A stretch of 64,000 nucleotides of DNA from Oscillospiraceae bacterium (GTDB lineage Bacteria > Bacillota > Clostridia > Oscillospirales > Oscillospiraceae), in contig JAFSNA010000095.1 of the NCBI GenBank assembly GCA_017447645.1, positions 295-64,294 on the forward strand, in the 5' to 3' direction. Positions within the stretch are counted from its first letter, which is position 1, and each line of letters starts with the position of its first letter. Shown piece after piece: positions 15,814 through 25,565 of this stretch. A program made the position numbers and the translations under genes. The notes under the pieces were generated by a model. That model did no database searches, had not been told where the DNA came from, and saw only the letters and a program-made list of their open reading frames with translations.

Positions 15814-15842
15814 ATTGTAGCACCCGTCGGACGGGCTGTCAA
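15814..15842 (-). promoter_or_regulatory. Consensus sigma-70 promoter TTGACA-17-TACAAT for mntP
   Basis: Read on the minus strand. The leader is too short for a riboswitch. Confidence 0.6.
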
Positions 15843-15871
15843 CGAAGGGATGAAAAAATTGAAAAAAGGGC

Positions 15872-15900
15872 TTGACTTTGCCCCATTCATAGGATATATT
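15872..15900 (+). promoter_or_regulatory. Promoter TTGACT-17-TATATT for rplJ-rplL
   Basis: Hexamers and spacing read directly. Confidence 0.55.
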
Positions 15901-16060
15901 ATACGAGCGCTCCGAAGACAGCAGGTGGCCCGAAAGGCCGTAAATCCTGCCGAGGACAACAACAATCGAGTTCCTTCATTGTTATTGTGCCTTTGCGTCC
16001 TTTGGATGCAGAGGTTTTCTTTTTGGGCGCCATCAATCGTGTGGAGGTGAAAATACACAC
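15901..16060 (+). promoter_or_regulatory. Structured rplJ leader (probable L10 autoregulatory leader)
   Basis: About 160-nt leader with hairpins GGCC-cgaaa-GGCC and CAACAACAAT...ATTGTTATTG. The call rests on position upstream of rplJ only. Confidence 0.4.
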
Positions 16061-16597
16061 ATGCCGAACGCAAAGGTTCTCAGCGAAAAGCAGGCGATCG
16101 TCGAAGCTCTGGTCGAGCGTATCAAGTCCGCGGGCGCGGGCATCCTGGTCGACTACCGTGGCATCACGGTCCTCGAGGATACCGCTCTGCGCGCCGAAAT
16201 GCGCAAGGAGGGCATCGAGTACTCGGTCGTCAAGAACACCCTGACCAGAAAGGCTCTGGACAAGCTCGGGATGAGCGGTCTGGACGACGTGCTCAACGGC
16301 ACGACCTCTCTGGCTACCACCGCGGGCGATCCCATCGCACCTTTCCGTATCATCAGCGATTATTCCGACAAACTCAAGGAGCGCTTCAACATCAAGGCCG
16401 CCTTTATGGACGGTCAGATCCTGAACGAGTCCGAGATCGCGGAGATCGCGGCGCTTCCTTCCAAGGACGCTCTGTACGCGAAGGTCCTGGGCACCATGAT
16501 CGCACCCATCACCGGCCTGGCCGTCTGCCTCGGCCAGATCCTGGAGCAGAAGGGCGGCTCTCTCGAGTCCGCTGCTCCCGAAGCCGCTGCGGAATGA
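16061..16597 (+). CDS. rplJ: 50S ribosomal protein L10
   Basis: 178 aa. MPNAKVLSEKQAIVEALVERIKSA...VDYRGITV typical of L10. Confidence 0.95.
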   Translation: MPNAKVLSEKQAIVEALVERIKSAGAGILVDYRGITVLEDTALRAEMRKEGIEYSVVKNTLTRKALDKLGMSGLDDVLNGTTSLATTAGDPIAPFRIISDYSDKLKERFNIKAAFMDGQILNESEIAEIAALPSKDALYAKVLGTMIAPITGLAVCLGQILEQKGGSLESAAPEAAAE

Positions 16598-16633
16598 TCG
16601 CAGCAAGAAAAAACATTTTGGAGGAAAATTAAA

Positions 16634-17008
16634 ATGAGCGAAAAAATCACCGCTATGATCGAGGAGATCAAGGGTCTGACCGTTCTGGAGCTCAGCGAGC
16701 TCGTTCATGCCCTTGAGGAGACCTTCGGCGTTTCCGCCGCCGCTGTCGCCGCCGGCCCCGCCGTCGCCGCCGCCGGCCCGGTCGTCGAAGAGAAGACCGA
16801 GTTTGACGTCGTCATGACCAGCTTCGGCGCTGAGAAGATCAAGGTCATCAAGGAAGTCCGCGCCATCACCGGTCTCGGCCTGGCCGAGGCGAAGGCTCTT
16901 GTCGAGTCCGCCCCGAACGCCAAGATCAAGGAAGGCATCTCCAAGGAAGACGCCGAGGCTCTCAAGGCCCAGCTCGAAGGCGTCGGCGCTACCGTCGAGC
17001 TCAAGTAA
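16634..17008 (+). CDS. rplL: 50S ribosomal protein L7/L12
   Basis: 124 aa ending ...[23 protein letters not shown]...[15 protein letters not shown]. Confidence 0.95.
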   Translation: MSEKITAMIEEIKGLTVLELSELVHALEETFGVSAAAVAAGPAVAAAGPVVEEKTEFDVVMTSFGAEKIKVIKEVRAITGLGLAEAKALVESAPNAKIKEGISKEDAEALKAQLEGVGATVELK

Positions 17009-17030
17009 GCTTGAGTCGAACGCCGACAAA

Positions 17031-17060
17031 ACAGGGATCGTTTTCGATCCCTGTTTTTTT
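17031..17060 (+). terminator. rplL intrinsic terminator
   Basis: ACAGGGATCG-tttt-CGATCCCTGT followed by TTTTTT. Confidence 0.85.
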
Positions 17061-17128
17061 ATATCCGGGCTTGGTGAAAGATGCCGAAAGCGCGGCTCCG
17101 CCGCCGCCATGTTTGGCGGGAATGACAA

Positions 17129-17158
17129 TTGCCAGCGCGCCGCCGCACAGGGTATACT
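17129..17158 (+). promoter_or_regulatory. Promoter TTGCCA-18-TATACT upstream of the purine riboswitch
   Basis: Hexamers read directly. Confidence 0.45.
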
Positions 17159-17182
17159 GAAGGCGTGGCAACAAGTTCATAT

Positions 17183-17253
17183 CCGGTATAATGGGAGCGA
17201 TAACGGGGCTCCGAGTTTCTACCGGACAGCCCTCTGATCTGTCCGACTACTGG
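17183..17253 (+). promoter_or_regulatory. Purine riboswitch aptamer, guanine/hypoxanthine type (C at the specificity position)
   Basis: P1 CCGGUA/UACUGG, J1-2 UAAU, P2 GGAGC/GCUCC, J2-3 GAGUUUCUACC, P3 GGACAG/CUGUCC, J3-1 GACUA. Confidence 0.8.
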
Positions 17254-17382
17254 TTTTCCATGCGGAGGCGCCCAAGGCGCCGCCGCAGCTTCGGTTTTTG
17301 AGGAGGGCAGGCATTTTTTGCAGCTCCTCTTCTTTTTTTGCCCCGAAAATACCGTGATCCGCAGGATCGGAAAGGAAAAAGC

Positions 17383-19182
17383 ATGATCAACAAGTTCTGC
17401 AAGGTCCCCCTTTGGGAATGCTCCGCTGTCCTGTCCTCCGTCGCGATGGGCCGCACGCCGGCCGAGACGGTCATCACCGACGCAAAGCTGGTCAACGTCT
17501 GCACGCACGAGATCCTCGAGCACGTCGACGTCGCGATCCACAGCGGGCGCATCGCGCTCGTGGGCGACGCGAAGCACTGCATCGGCGAAGGCACGAAGGT
17601 CATCGAGGCCGCGGGCGCCTACATCTCTCCGGGCATGCTCGACGGCCACATCCACATCGAGTCGTCCATGCTCTCCGCCGGCGAGTACGCCCGCTCCGTC
17701 ATCCCCCACGGCACCTCCGGCATCTTCTACGACCCGCACGAGATCTGCAACGTCATGGGCCTGCCGGGCGTCGAGCTGATGATCGCGGACGCCGCGCGCA
17801 CGCCGCTCAAGGCCATGCTGACCTCGCCCTCCTGCGTCCCCGCCGTCCCCGGCTTTGAGGATGCGGGCAGCTCGATCAGCTCCGCCGACATCGCCTCGGA
17901 GATGCGGCGCGACGAGGTCGTGGGCCTGGGCGAGATGATGAACTTCCCCGGTATCATCAATTCCGTCACCGAGACGCACGCCATTACCGGCGAGACGCTC
18001 AAGGCCGGCAAGACCGTGACGGGCCACTTCTCAATCCCGGACACCGGCGCGGCGCTCAACGCCTTCGTCGCGGCCGGCATCCGCTGCTGCCACGAGTCCA
18101 CCCGCATGGAGGACGCGCTGGCCAAGATGCGCCTGGGCATGTATGCGATGTTCCGCGAGGGCTCGGCCTGGCACGATTTGCAGGAGGTCAGCCGCTCGAT
18201 CCGCGAGCACGAGATCGACACCCGCTTTGCCGTCATGATCTCCGACGACACGCACCCCTACACCCTCGTCAACGACGGCCATCTCGACCACATCGTGCGC
18301 CGCGCGGTCTCCTTCGGCATCGACCCGATCACCGCGATCCAGATGGTGACGATCAACTGCGCGCAGTGCTTCCAGCTCGACCACGAGATCGGCTCGATCG
18401 CGCCGGGCAAGTGCGCGGACATCGTCTTTTCCGAGGACCTCAACGACTTCCGTCCCTTCCGCACGATGATCGACGGCGAGGTCGTCGCCGAGAACGGCAA
18501 AATGACCTGTGCGTTCGCGCCCTACCGCTATCCCGACAGCGCGATGCACACGATGCACGTCGGCGAGGCCATCACGGCGGAGACCTTCCGCATCCCGACG
18601 GAGAAAAAGGACGAGGCGCTGGTGCGCGTGATCGAGATCATCCCCGCGCACGTCGGCGACTACGAGCGGCATATGACGCTGAAGGTCCGAAACGGCGCGC
18701 TGGAATCCGACGTGGAGCAGGACGTGCTCAAGACCTTCGTCTTTGAGCGCCATCACGACACGGGCAAGCACGGCGTCGGCTTCGTCAAGGGCTTTGACAT
18801 CCAGTGCGGCGCGATGGCCTCGACGGTCGCGCACGACGCGCACAACCTGCTGGTCGTCGGCACGAACGACGAGGACATGGCTCTGGCGGCCAACACGCTG
18901 ATCAACTGCGGCGGCGGCATGTGCGCCGTGCGGGAAGGCAAGATCCTCGGCTGCGTCGAGCTGCCGCTCGCCGGCCTGATGAACCCGCTGAGCGCCGAGG
19001 AGATGAGCGGAAAGGTCGCCGCCCTCTCCGAGGCCTGGAAGGAGATCGGCTGCGACATCGTCTCGCCCTTCATGACGATGGCGCTCATCCCCCTGGCCTG
19101 CCTGCCGGAGCTGAGACTGACCGACCGCGGTCTCGTCGACTGCACGAAATTCTGCTTCTCATCTCTGGAAGTCGAAGAATAA
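17383..19182 (+). CDS. ade: Adenine deaminase
   Basis: ISPGMLDGHIHIESSML...IPHGTSGIFYDPHEI pattern. ATG 17383 follows GGAAAGGAAAAAGC. Confidence 0.85.
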   Translation: MINKFCKVPLWECSAVLSSVAMGRTPAETVITDAKLVNVCTHEILEHVDVAIHSGRIALVGDAKHCIGEGTKVIEAAGAYISPGMLDGHIHIESSMLSAGEYARSVIPHGTSGIFYDPHEICNVMGLPGVELMIADAARTPLKAMLTSPSCVPAVPGFEDAGSSISSADIASEMRRDEVVGLGEMMNFPGIINSVTETHAITGETLKAGKTVTGHFSIPDTGAALNAFVAAGIRCCHESTRMEDALAKMRLGMYAMFREGSAWHDLQEVSRSIREHEIDTRFAVMISDDTHPYTLVNDGHLDHIVRRAVSFGIDPITAIQMVTINCAQCFQLDHEIGSIAPGKCADIVFSEDLNDFRPFRTMIDGEVVAENGKMTCAFAPYRYPDSAMHTMHVGEAITAETFRIPTEKKDEALVRVIEIIPAHVGDYERHMTLKVRNGALESDVEQDVLKTFVFERHHDTGKHGVGFVKGFDIQCGAMASTVAHDAHNLLVVGTNDEDMALAANTLINCGGGMCAVREGKILGCVELPLAGLMNPLSAEEMSGKVAALSEAWKEIGCDIVSPFMTMALIPLACLPELRLTDRGLVDCTKFCFSSLEVEE

Positions 19183-19188
19183 TACAAC

Positions 19189-19230
19189 AAAAAGAAGGCA
19201 CAGCCCGGACTCAGGCTGTGCCTTCTTTTT
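19189..19230. terminator. Bidirectional terminator between ade and the kinase gene
   Basis: AGAAGGCACAGCC...GGCTGTGCCTTCT flanked by an A run and a T run. Confidence 0.85.
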
Positions 19231-19239
19231 GTTGCTCTT

Positions 19240-20127
19240 TTACAGCAGCTTTTCCGCGCGGAGCAGCGGGGAGGAGGCCTCCTCGCTCGCGACGGTGATC
19301 GCGCCGGCCGCGACGGCCGCGCGGGCCGCGGCGGCGAGGCCGAGCCCTCGGACCAGTGCCCAGACGACCGCGGCCGTGGCCGCGTCGCCCGCGCCGGTGG
19401 CGCTGACGATCTCCGCCTTTTCGCAGGGCAGCAGCAACCGCTCTTCGCCCGAGGCCGCCAGCAGTCCGTCCGCGCCCAACGAGAGAAAGACGCTGCCCAC
19501 GCCCGCGCGCAGCAGGGCGTCGGCGCAGTCCCCGGCGCTGTCCTTTCCCGTCAGGGCGCGCGCCTCCATGAGGTTGGGCTTGATCGCCGCGAGACGGCCG
19601 AGCACGGGCGCGAAGCGCAGGGCCTTGGCCGTGGAGACCGGGTCCGCGACGATGGGTGCGCTCAGGCGCTCGCAGAGGAAGGCGATCGTCTCGGCCGGCA
19701 GGTTGCCGTCGAGCACGACGGCGTCGGCGTCGTCGATCTCGCCGAGGATCCCGCGCAGGGCGTCGGGCGTCAGGCGCTCGATGGCCTCCATGTCGGAGAC
19801 GGCGGCGTCCATTTCTCCCTTCTCATCGCTGAGATAGAGGTACACCGGGCTGCGCGCACCGGGAATGACGCGCGCAAGGCTCATATCCACGCCGCAGCTC
19901 AAACAGCCCTCGCGCACGGAGGCGCCGAAGCCGTCGTCTCCGAGCGCGGTGACGAAGCGCGTCCTCAGGCCCAGCCGCGCGAGGTCGCAGGCGATGTTGC
20001 GTCCCACGCCGCCGTGCCGGACGCTGACGTGTCCGGGGGCGGAGTCGTGACGGACGAGCGCGTGTGCGGGCCGGCCGCAGATGTCGGTGTTGGCCCCGCC
20101 GACGACCGTTACGCGTCGAGCTTCCAT
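19240..20127 (-). CDS. PfkB-family carbohydrate kinase, pseudouridine-kinase-like
   Basis: VVGGANTDICG...DSAPGHVSVRHGGVGRNIACDLARLG resembles YeiC/PsuK. C-terminal GAGDA motif. Confidence 0.7.
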   Translation of the reverse strand: MEARRVTVVGGANTDICGRPAHALVRHDSAPGHVSVRHGGVGRNIACDLARLGLRTRFVTALGDDGFGASVREGCLSCGVDMSLARVIPGARSPVYLYLSDEKGEMDAAVSDMEAIERLTPDALRGILGEIDDADAVVLDGNLPAETIAFLCERLSAPIVADPVSTAKALRFAPVLGRLAAIKPNLMEARALTGKDSAGDCADALLRAGVGSVFLSLGADGLLAASGEERLLLPCEKAEIVSATGAGDAATAAVVWALVRGLGLAAAARAAVAAGAITVASEEASSPLLRAEKLL

Positions 20128-22514
20128 ATGTTGTCCGCGTACTCCCGGATCGCGCGGTCGGCGGCGAAGAAGCCGCTCATCGCGGTGTTCACGATCGCCA
20201 GGCGCGCGAGCTCGTTCTCGTCGGAGATGCGCTCGTAGAGGCGCTTCTGGCAGTCGGCGTAGGCGCGGTAGTCCGCGATCAGCATGTACGGGTCGCCGCC
20301 GTAGAGCAGCCCGGACACGAGGTCGGAATAGCTCTTGCCGTCCTTGAAGCCCTGGGAGAAGCGGTCGAGCACGCGCTGGATCTCCCAGTCGTTCGAGGCG
20401 ATCTTCGCCGGGTCGTAGCCCTGCTTCTTCAGCCGGGCGATCTCATCGGTGTGCAGGCCGAAGAGGAACATGTTCTCGTCGCCGAGCCGCTCGTACATCT
20501 CGACGTTCGCGCCGTCGAGCGTGCCGATCGTGACGGCGCCGTTCATCATCAGCTTCATGCAGCCGGTGCCGGAGGCCTCCTTGCCGGCGGTGGAGATCTG
20601 CTCGGACACCTGGGCCGCGGGCACGATGGCCTCGGCCGCGCTGACGCGGTAGTTCTCCACGAAATAGACCTGCAGCTTCCCCTTGCAGAGCGGGTCGTTG
20701 TCGATGTCCGCCGCCATGGACAGCAGCAGCTCGATGATGCGCTTGGCCGTCTTGTAGCCGGCGGCCGCCTTCGCGCCGAAGATGAAGGTGCGCGGCGTGA
20801 AGGGACGGTTCGGATCGTCGTGCAGCTGCAGCTGCAGCGAGGCGATGTGCATCGCGCAGAGAAGCTGGCGCTTATACTCGTGCAGACGCTTGATCTGCAC
20901 GTCCATGATGCCCTCGGGGTCGACGGCAAAGCTGTCGTTGCGGCGGGCGAAGTCGGCGAAGCGGCGCTTGTTCTCCGCCTTGATGGCGAGGACGCGGCGG
21001 CGCACCTCGGCGTCGTCGGCAAACTTCATCAGCTCGCTCAGGCGCTCGGGCTCGGTGAGGTATTCCTCGCCGCCGAGCAGCTCGCACACCAGGCCGTGCA
21101 GACCGGGGTTGATCTGCGCGAGCCAGCGGCGGTGGTCGATGCCGTTGGTGACGTAGGTGAAGTGGTCGGGGCGGAGCGCGCAGAGATCGCGGAAGAGATC
21201 GCTGCGCAGGATCTCGCCGTGCAGGCGGGACACGCCGTTGACCTTGTAGCAGGCGGCGAGGCAGAGATTGGCCATGAGCACCTGGTCGTCGCGGATGATC
21301 AGGTTGCGGCCCACGCGCTCGTCCTGGCCGAAGTTGTAGATCAGATAGCTGACCCAACGGCGGTTGATCTCGCACAGGATCTCCCAAATGCGCGGCAGCA
21401 GCTGCTGGATGATCTGCTGCGGCCAGCGCTCGAGCGCCTCGCTCATGACGGTGTGGTTGGTGTAGGCCACGCTCTTCTTGACGATCTCCCAGGCCTCGTC
21501 CCAGCCGAGAGCATGCTCGTCCATGAACAGCCGCATGAGCTCGGGGATGATGAGGGCCGGGTGCGTGTCGTTGATCTGGATGGTGTGATGCTCGCCGAAG
21601 GAGCGGATGTCGCCCCACTTTTCGATATGCTTGCGCACGATGTCCTGCGCGGTGGCGGAGACGAAGAAGTACTGCTGCTTGAGGCGCAGGATCTTGCCCT
21701 CCTGCTTTTCGTCGGCCGGATAGAGCACCTTGGTGATGACCTCGGCCATCGTGCGCTCCTCCAGGCTCTTGACGTACTCGGCGTTGGAGAAGAGGTACAT
21801 ATCCAGCTGGCTGGGGCTCTGGGCGTCCCAGAGGCGCAGCTTGTTGATCTCCTTGCCCTCGTAGCCGGCGATGAGCATGTCGCGCGGGATCGCGGTGACG
21901 GGCGTGTAGTCCGTGTGGACGGCGCTGTAATGGCCGTATTCGTCCCAGTGCGCGGAGATCTGCCCGCCGAAGCGGACCTCGACCGCGTCCGCATAGCAGG
22001 GGACGAGCCAGCCCTCGGACGCGAGACGCCAGTTGTCGGCCACCTCGGTCTGCTTGCCGTCCTTGAAGCGCTGGCGGAAAATGCCCAGCTCATAGCAGAT
22101 GGAATAGCCCGTGGCCTCCATGCCGAGCGTGGCCATGCTGTCCATATAGCAGGCGGCAAGACGTCCCAGGCCGCCGTTGCCCAGTCCCGCGTCGGGCTCG
22201 GTCTCGAAAATGTCCGCGGCGTTCTTGCCCATATCCTCGAGCGCGCCGGTCAGCGCCTCGGAGATGCCGAGGTTGAAGGCGTTCTTCATGAGGCTGCGGC
22301 CCATCAGGAACTCCATGGACATGTAATGTACTTCTTTATTCTTCGCACGCGGGCTCTCGACCGCGAGCAGCCGGCTCATGATCTCGCGGATGACCATCGC
22401 CGAGGCCTGGAAGATCTGGTCGTCGGTGGCGGTCTCGCCGGTCACGGCGAAATATGCGCAGAGGCGGTCCTCTATCGCGCTTCTGACTTCGTCTTTAGAG
22501 ATTTGGCTGGTCAT
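20109..22514 (-). CDS. glgP: Glycogen/alpha-glucan phosphorylase
   Basis: IQINDTHPALIIPELMR, EASGTGCMKLMMNGA and related motifs. ATG 22514 after GGAGGA. Confidence 0.95.
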   Translation of the reverse strand: MTSQISKDEVRSAIEDRLCAYFAVTGETATDDQIFQASAMVIREIMSRLLAVESPRAKNKEVHYMSMEFLMGRSLMKNAFNLGISEALTGALEDMGKNAADIFETEPDAGLGNGGLGRLAACYMDSMATLGMEATGYSICYELGIFRQRFKDGKQTEVADNWRLASEGWLVPCYADAVEVRFGGQISAHWDEYGHYSAVHTDYTPVTAIPRDMLIAGYEGKEINKLRLWDAQSPSQLDMYLFSNAEYVKSLEERTMAEVITKVLYPADEKQEGKILRLKQQYFFVSATAQDIVRKHIEKWGDIRSFGEHHTIQINDTHPALIIPELMRLFMDEHALGWDEAWEIVKKSVAYTNHTVMSEALERWPQQIIQQLLPRIWEILCEINRRWVSYLIYNFGQDERVGRNLIIRDDQVLMANLCLAACYKVNGVSRLHGEILRSDLFRDLCALRPDHFTYVTNGIDHRRWLAQINPGLHGLVCELLGGEEYLTEPERLSELMKFADDAEVRRRVLAIKAENKRRFADFARRNDSFAVDPEGIMDVQIKRLHEYKRQLLCAMHIASLQLQLHDDPNRPFTPRTFIFGAKAAAGYKTAKRIIELLLSMAADIDNDPLCKGKLQVYFVENYRVSAAEAIVPAAQVSEQISTAGKEASGTGCMKLMMNGAVTIGTLDGANVEMYERLGDENMFLFGLHTDEIARLKKQGYDPAKIASNDWEIQRVLDRFSQGFKDGKSYSDLVSGLLYGGDPYMLIADYRAYADCQKRLYERISDENELARLAIVNTAMSGFFAADRAIREYADNIWKLDA

Positions 22515-22544
22515 AAATGCTTGTCCTCCGATGTTTGAATAAAC

Positions 22545-22578
22545 AGCGCCCGTGAGAGCAGCCGCTTTCACGGGCGCT
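22545..22578 (-). terminator. Hairpin between glgD and glgP (possible attenuator)
   Basis: AGCGCCCGTGA...TCACGGGCGCT, followed on the minus strand by TTTATT. Confidence 0.5.
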
Positions 22579-22602
22579 TGTCCGGTCAGATATGTCTGCT
22601 GT

Positions 22603-23715
22603 TCAGATCTTCGATCCCTTCGGGACCACGAGCGGCAGCTTTTCGCAGCCCTTGAGGGCGACGTCCGCGGAGATCACGCAGTCCTTGTCGACGATCACGT
22701 TCTCAAGGCGCGCGCCCTTTTTGATCGTCGAGCTGCGCATGATAACGCAGTCCTTGACGAAGGCGCCCTCCTCCACGACGACCTCGGACGAGAGGATGCT
22801 GTCCTCGACGGTGCCGAGGATGCGGCAGTTGTCGCCGATGAGGCTGTTCGAGGAGACGGCCTTCTCGCCGTAATAGGTGCTCACGAGCGAGGCGTGGCGC
22901 GTGCGGACCGGGCGCTCGGGGCAGAAGAGATCACGGCGCTTGTCGCTCTCGAGCATGTCGCGGTTCGCGCGGTAGTACAGATCGACCGAGCGGATCGGCA
23001 TGTAATAGCCCTCGTGCACGTAGACGCCCATCTTCCCGCCGCCCGCGAGATAGGAGACGATCGCGTCGCGGTGGAAGCGGTAGAGATTCTTCGCGGAGCA
23101 CTCCTCCATCATCTTCACGAGCAGATCCTTGTTGATGATATAGCCCTCCATCGAGGTGAAGCCGCGGCTCTCGCCCTCGACATAGAAGAGCGCCTCCCTG
23201 ACGTAGCCGTCGGGGCCGACGACATAGCGGTGCTGCGGCGTCGGCGGCGCCGCGGTGCTGCAGATCGCCGTGATCGGCGCGCCGGAGTGCAGGTGCATCC
23301 GGGCGGCGGCGCGGAGATCGAGGTTGGCGCACATGCTGCCGAGCAGCAGCACGACGTATTTCTGCGGGATGCGGCGGACGTAGTCGCCCACGCCGTTGAG
23401 AGCCTCCATCGTGCCGAAGTAGTTGCCGCTGTGGTAGCCGGGCATGCCGAAGGGCGGCAGCAGTCGCACGCCGCCGTCTTTGCGGCTCATGTCCCAGGAC
23501 TTGCCGTTGCGGACGTGGTCCATCAGCGACTGATAGTCGCGCTGCATGATCACGCCGACGTCGTGGATGCCCGCGTTCATCAGCGAGGAGAGCGCGAAGT
23601 CGATCACGCGGTAACGGCCGAAGATCGGCATCGAGGCCGCGGTGCGGCGGCTGACGAGCTCACGCAGCTCGGGGGAGGCGCTGTAGGCAAAGATGATTCC
23701 ATGGAAGTCGTTCAT
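22603..23715 (-). CDS. glgD: Glucose-1-phosphate adenylyltransferase subunit GlgD
   Basis: 370 aa. SMPIFGRYRVIDFALSSLMNAGI. Positioned after glgC. Confidence 0.85.
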   Translation of the reverse strand: MNDFHGIIFAYSASPELRELVSRRTAASMPIFGRYRVIDFALSSLMNAGIHDVGVIMQRDYQSLMDHVRNGKSWDMSRKDGGVRLLPPFGMPGYHSGNYFGTMEALNGVGDYVRRIPQKYVVLLLGSMCANLDLRAAARMHLHSGAPITAICSTAAPPTPQHRYVVGPDGYVREALFYVEGESRGFTSMEGYIINKDLLVKMMEECSAKNLYRFHRDAIVSYLAGGGKMGVYVHEGYYMPIRSVDLYYRANRDMLESDKRRDLFCPERPVRTRHASLVSTYYGEKAVSSNSLIGDNCRILGTVEDSILSSEVVVEEGAFVKDCVIMRSSTIKKGARLENVIVDKDCVISADVALKGCEKLPLVVPKGSKI

Positions 23716-23718
23716 GTC

Positions 23719-24912
23719 TCAAACCTCCTCGCCGGTATAGATCATCGCCGAGGCCGGCACGACGGCGCCGGGCCGGATGGCGATGTCGGGGCCGCAGGTC
23801 GCGACGCCCCAGGCGTCCGTCCCGTCGGGGGGAGCGCCGACATGCGCGCCCTCGCCGATCGAGGTGTTCTCGCCGACGATCGCGTATTCCACGACCGCGC
23901 CGTCGCCGACGACGGCGCCGGGCATCAGCACGCTGTAGAGCACCTTCGCGCCCTTGCCGACCCTGCAGGAGGACGAGAGCACGGAGTTTTCGACCTCGCC
24001 GAAGATCTCGCAGCCCTCGGTGACGATCGAGTGGACGATCCTGGCGTCCCTGCCGGTGTAGTGCGGCGGGCAGATCGGGCTGCGCGAGCTGATGGGCCAG
24101 GCCGGATCGAAGAGATTGATCTGATCCGTCGAGAGCATGTCCATGTTCGCGTCCCACAGCGAGGTGATCGTGCCGACGTCGCGCCAGTAGCCGCTGAAGC
24201 GGAAGGCCAGCATCCGCTCGCCCGCGGCGAGCATCTTCGGGATGATGTTCTTGCCGAAGTCCTTGCTGGAGTTCGGGTCGTTTTCGTCCTCGATCAGGGC
24301 CTCGCGCAGCTTCTTCCAGTTGAAGATGTAGATGCCCATCGAGGCCAGGTCGCTCTTGGGCTGCTTGGGCTTTTCCTCAAACTCGGTGATGAAGTCGCGC
24401 TCGTCCACGCTCATGATGCCCATGCGCGTGGCCTCGGCCATCGAGACCTGCTGCACGGCGATCGTGCAGGCGGCTTCGTTGTCCAGGTGGGCGCGCAGCA
24501 TCTCGGCGTAGTCCATTTTATAGATGTGGTCGCCGGAGAGGATCAGCACGTTGTCGGGATCGTACATTTCGATGAAGGCGATGTTCTGGTAGATCGCGTT
24601 GGCCGTGCCGGAGAACCAGGAGCCCTGCTCGTGCGCGCCGAGGTAGGGCGGCAGGATGTACACGCCGCCGTCGGACACGTCCAGATCCCAGGGCTGTCCG
24701 TTGCCGATGTAGCTGTTGAGCTTGAGCGGACGGTACTGGGTCAGCACTCCGACCGTGTCGATGCCGGAGTTGGCGCAGTTGGAAAGCGGGAAATCGATGA
24801 TGCGGTATTTACCGCCGAAGGGGACGCTCGGCTTTGCCACGTCCTGCGTCAGCGCGTACAGGCGCGAGCCCTGTCCGCCGGCGAGGAGCATGGCGATGCA
24901 GCTTTTTTTCAT
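23719..24912 (-). CDS. glgC: Glucose-1-phosphate adenylyltransferase
   Basis: [43 protein letters not shown]. Confidence 0.95.
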   Translation of the reverse strand: MKKSCIAMLLAGGQGSRLYALTQDVAKPSVPFGGKYRIIDFPLSNCANSGIDTVGVLTQYRPLKLNSYIGNGQPWDLDVSDGGVYILPPYLGAHEQGSWFSGTANAIYQNIAFIEMYDPDNVLILSGDHIYKMDYAEMLRAHLDNEAACTIAVQQVSMAEATRMGIMSVDERDFITEFEEKPKQPKSDLASMGIYIFNWKKLREALIEDENDPNSSKDFGKNIIPKMLAAGERMLAFRFSGYWRDVGTITSLWDANMDMLSTDQINLFDPAWPISSRSPICPPHYTGRDARIVHSIVTEGCEIFGEVENSVLSSSCRVGKGAKVLYSVLMPGAVVGDGAVVEYAIVGENTSIGEGAHVGAPPDGTDAWGVATCGPDIAIRPGAVVPASAMIYTGEEV

Positions 24913-24962
24913 CAGTCACTCTTCTTTCTTCCGTTTTTCTGCGTGGGGGTCGATCGCGGGGG

Positions 24963-25556
24963 CTACTTTTGATTATACCGGTTCATGGCCTCGTCGGGGC
25001 CTTTTTCGATGTAGCACAGCGCGGCCTCGGCGGCGCGTTCGGCCGCGTCCGAGATCAGCTCGGCGTCCCTGCCCGTGAAGCGGGAGAGCACCCAGTCGCG
25101 CATGTCGTAATCCTCGTGCGGCTTGCCGCCGACGCCGAGGCGGATGCGGGGAAAGTCCTCGCTGCCCAGGGCGGCGATGATGTCCTTGAGTCCGTTGTGC
25201 CCGCCGGCGGAGCCGGAGCGGCGCACGCGGATGCGCCCCAGGGGCAGCGCCGCCTCGTCCGAGAGAACGATGATCTTCCCGCTCGGGATTTTGTAGAAGC
25301 GCGCGGCCTCGCCTACGGCCTGGCCGGAGAGGTTCATGTAGGTCTGGGGCTTGAGAAGCAGCACGCCCTCGTCCCCGACGCGGCACAGCGCCGTGAGCGC
25401 GTGGAATTTGAGCTTGTTGATCTTCACGCCCAGGCGCTTTTCCATCGCGTCCGCCGCGAGGAAGCCGGCGTTGTGGCGGGTGTTTTCATACTCCTTCCCG
25501 GGATTGCCCAGAAAGACGATCAGCCAGGAAGCGCCGCCGCTTTTTTTGAAAAACAT
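24963..25556 (-). CDS. pth: Peptidyl-tRNA hydrolase
   Basis: GLGNPGKEYENTRHNAGF-type motif (FLGNPGKEYENTRHNAGF) and GGHNGLKDI. Confidence 0.95.
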   Translation of the reverse strand: MFFKKSGGASWLIVFLGNPGKEYENTRHNAGFLAADAMEKRLGVKINKLKFHALTALCRVGDEGVLLLKPQTYMNLSGQAVGEAARFYKIPSGKIIVLSDEAALPLGRIRVRRSGSAGGHNGLKDIIAALGSEDFPRIRLGVGGKPHEDYDMRDWVLSRFTGRDAELISDAAERAAEAALCYIEKGPDEAMNRYNQK

Positions 25557-25565
25557 GGTTTTCTT

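Noticed and set aside
15775-15860. Expected yybP-ykoY manganese riboswitch upstream of mntP
   Set aside because: The consensus promoter lies only about 40 nt from the start codon, so there is no room for and no trace of the aptamer.
20064-24972. 824-aa and 806-aa plus-strand ORFs
   Set aside because: Antisense shadows of glgP and glgD/glgC in high-GC DNA. The products are Arg/Ala/Gly/Val-rich with no motifs, while the minus-strand genes have unmistakable signatures.
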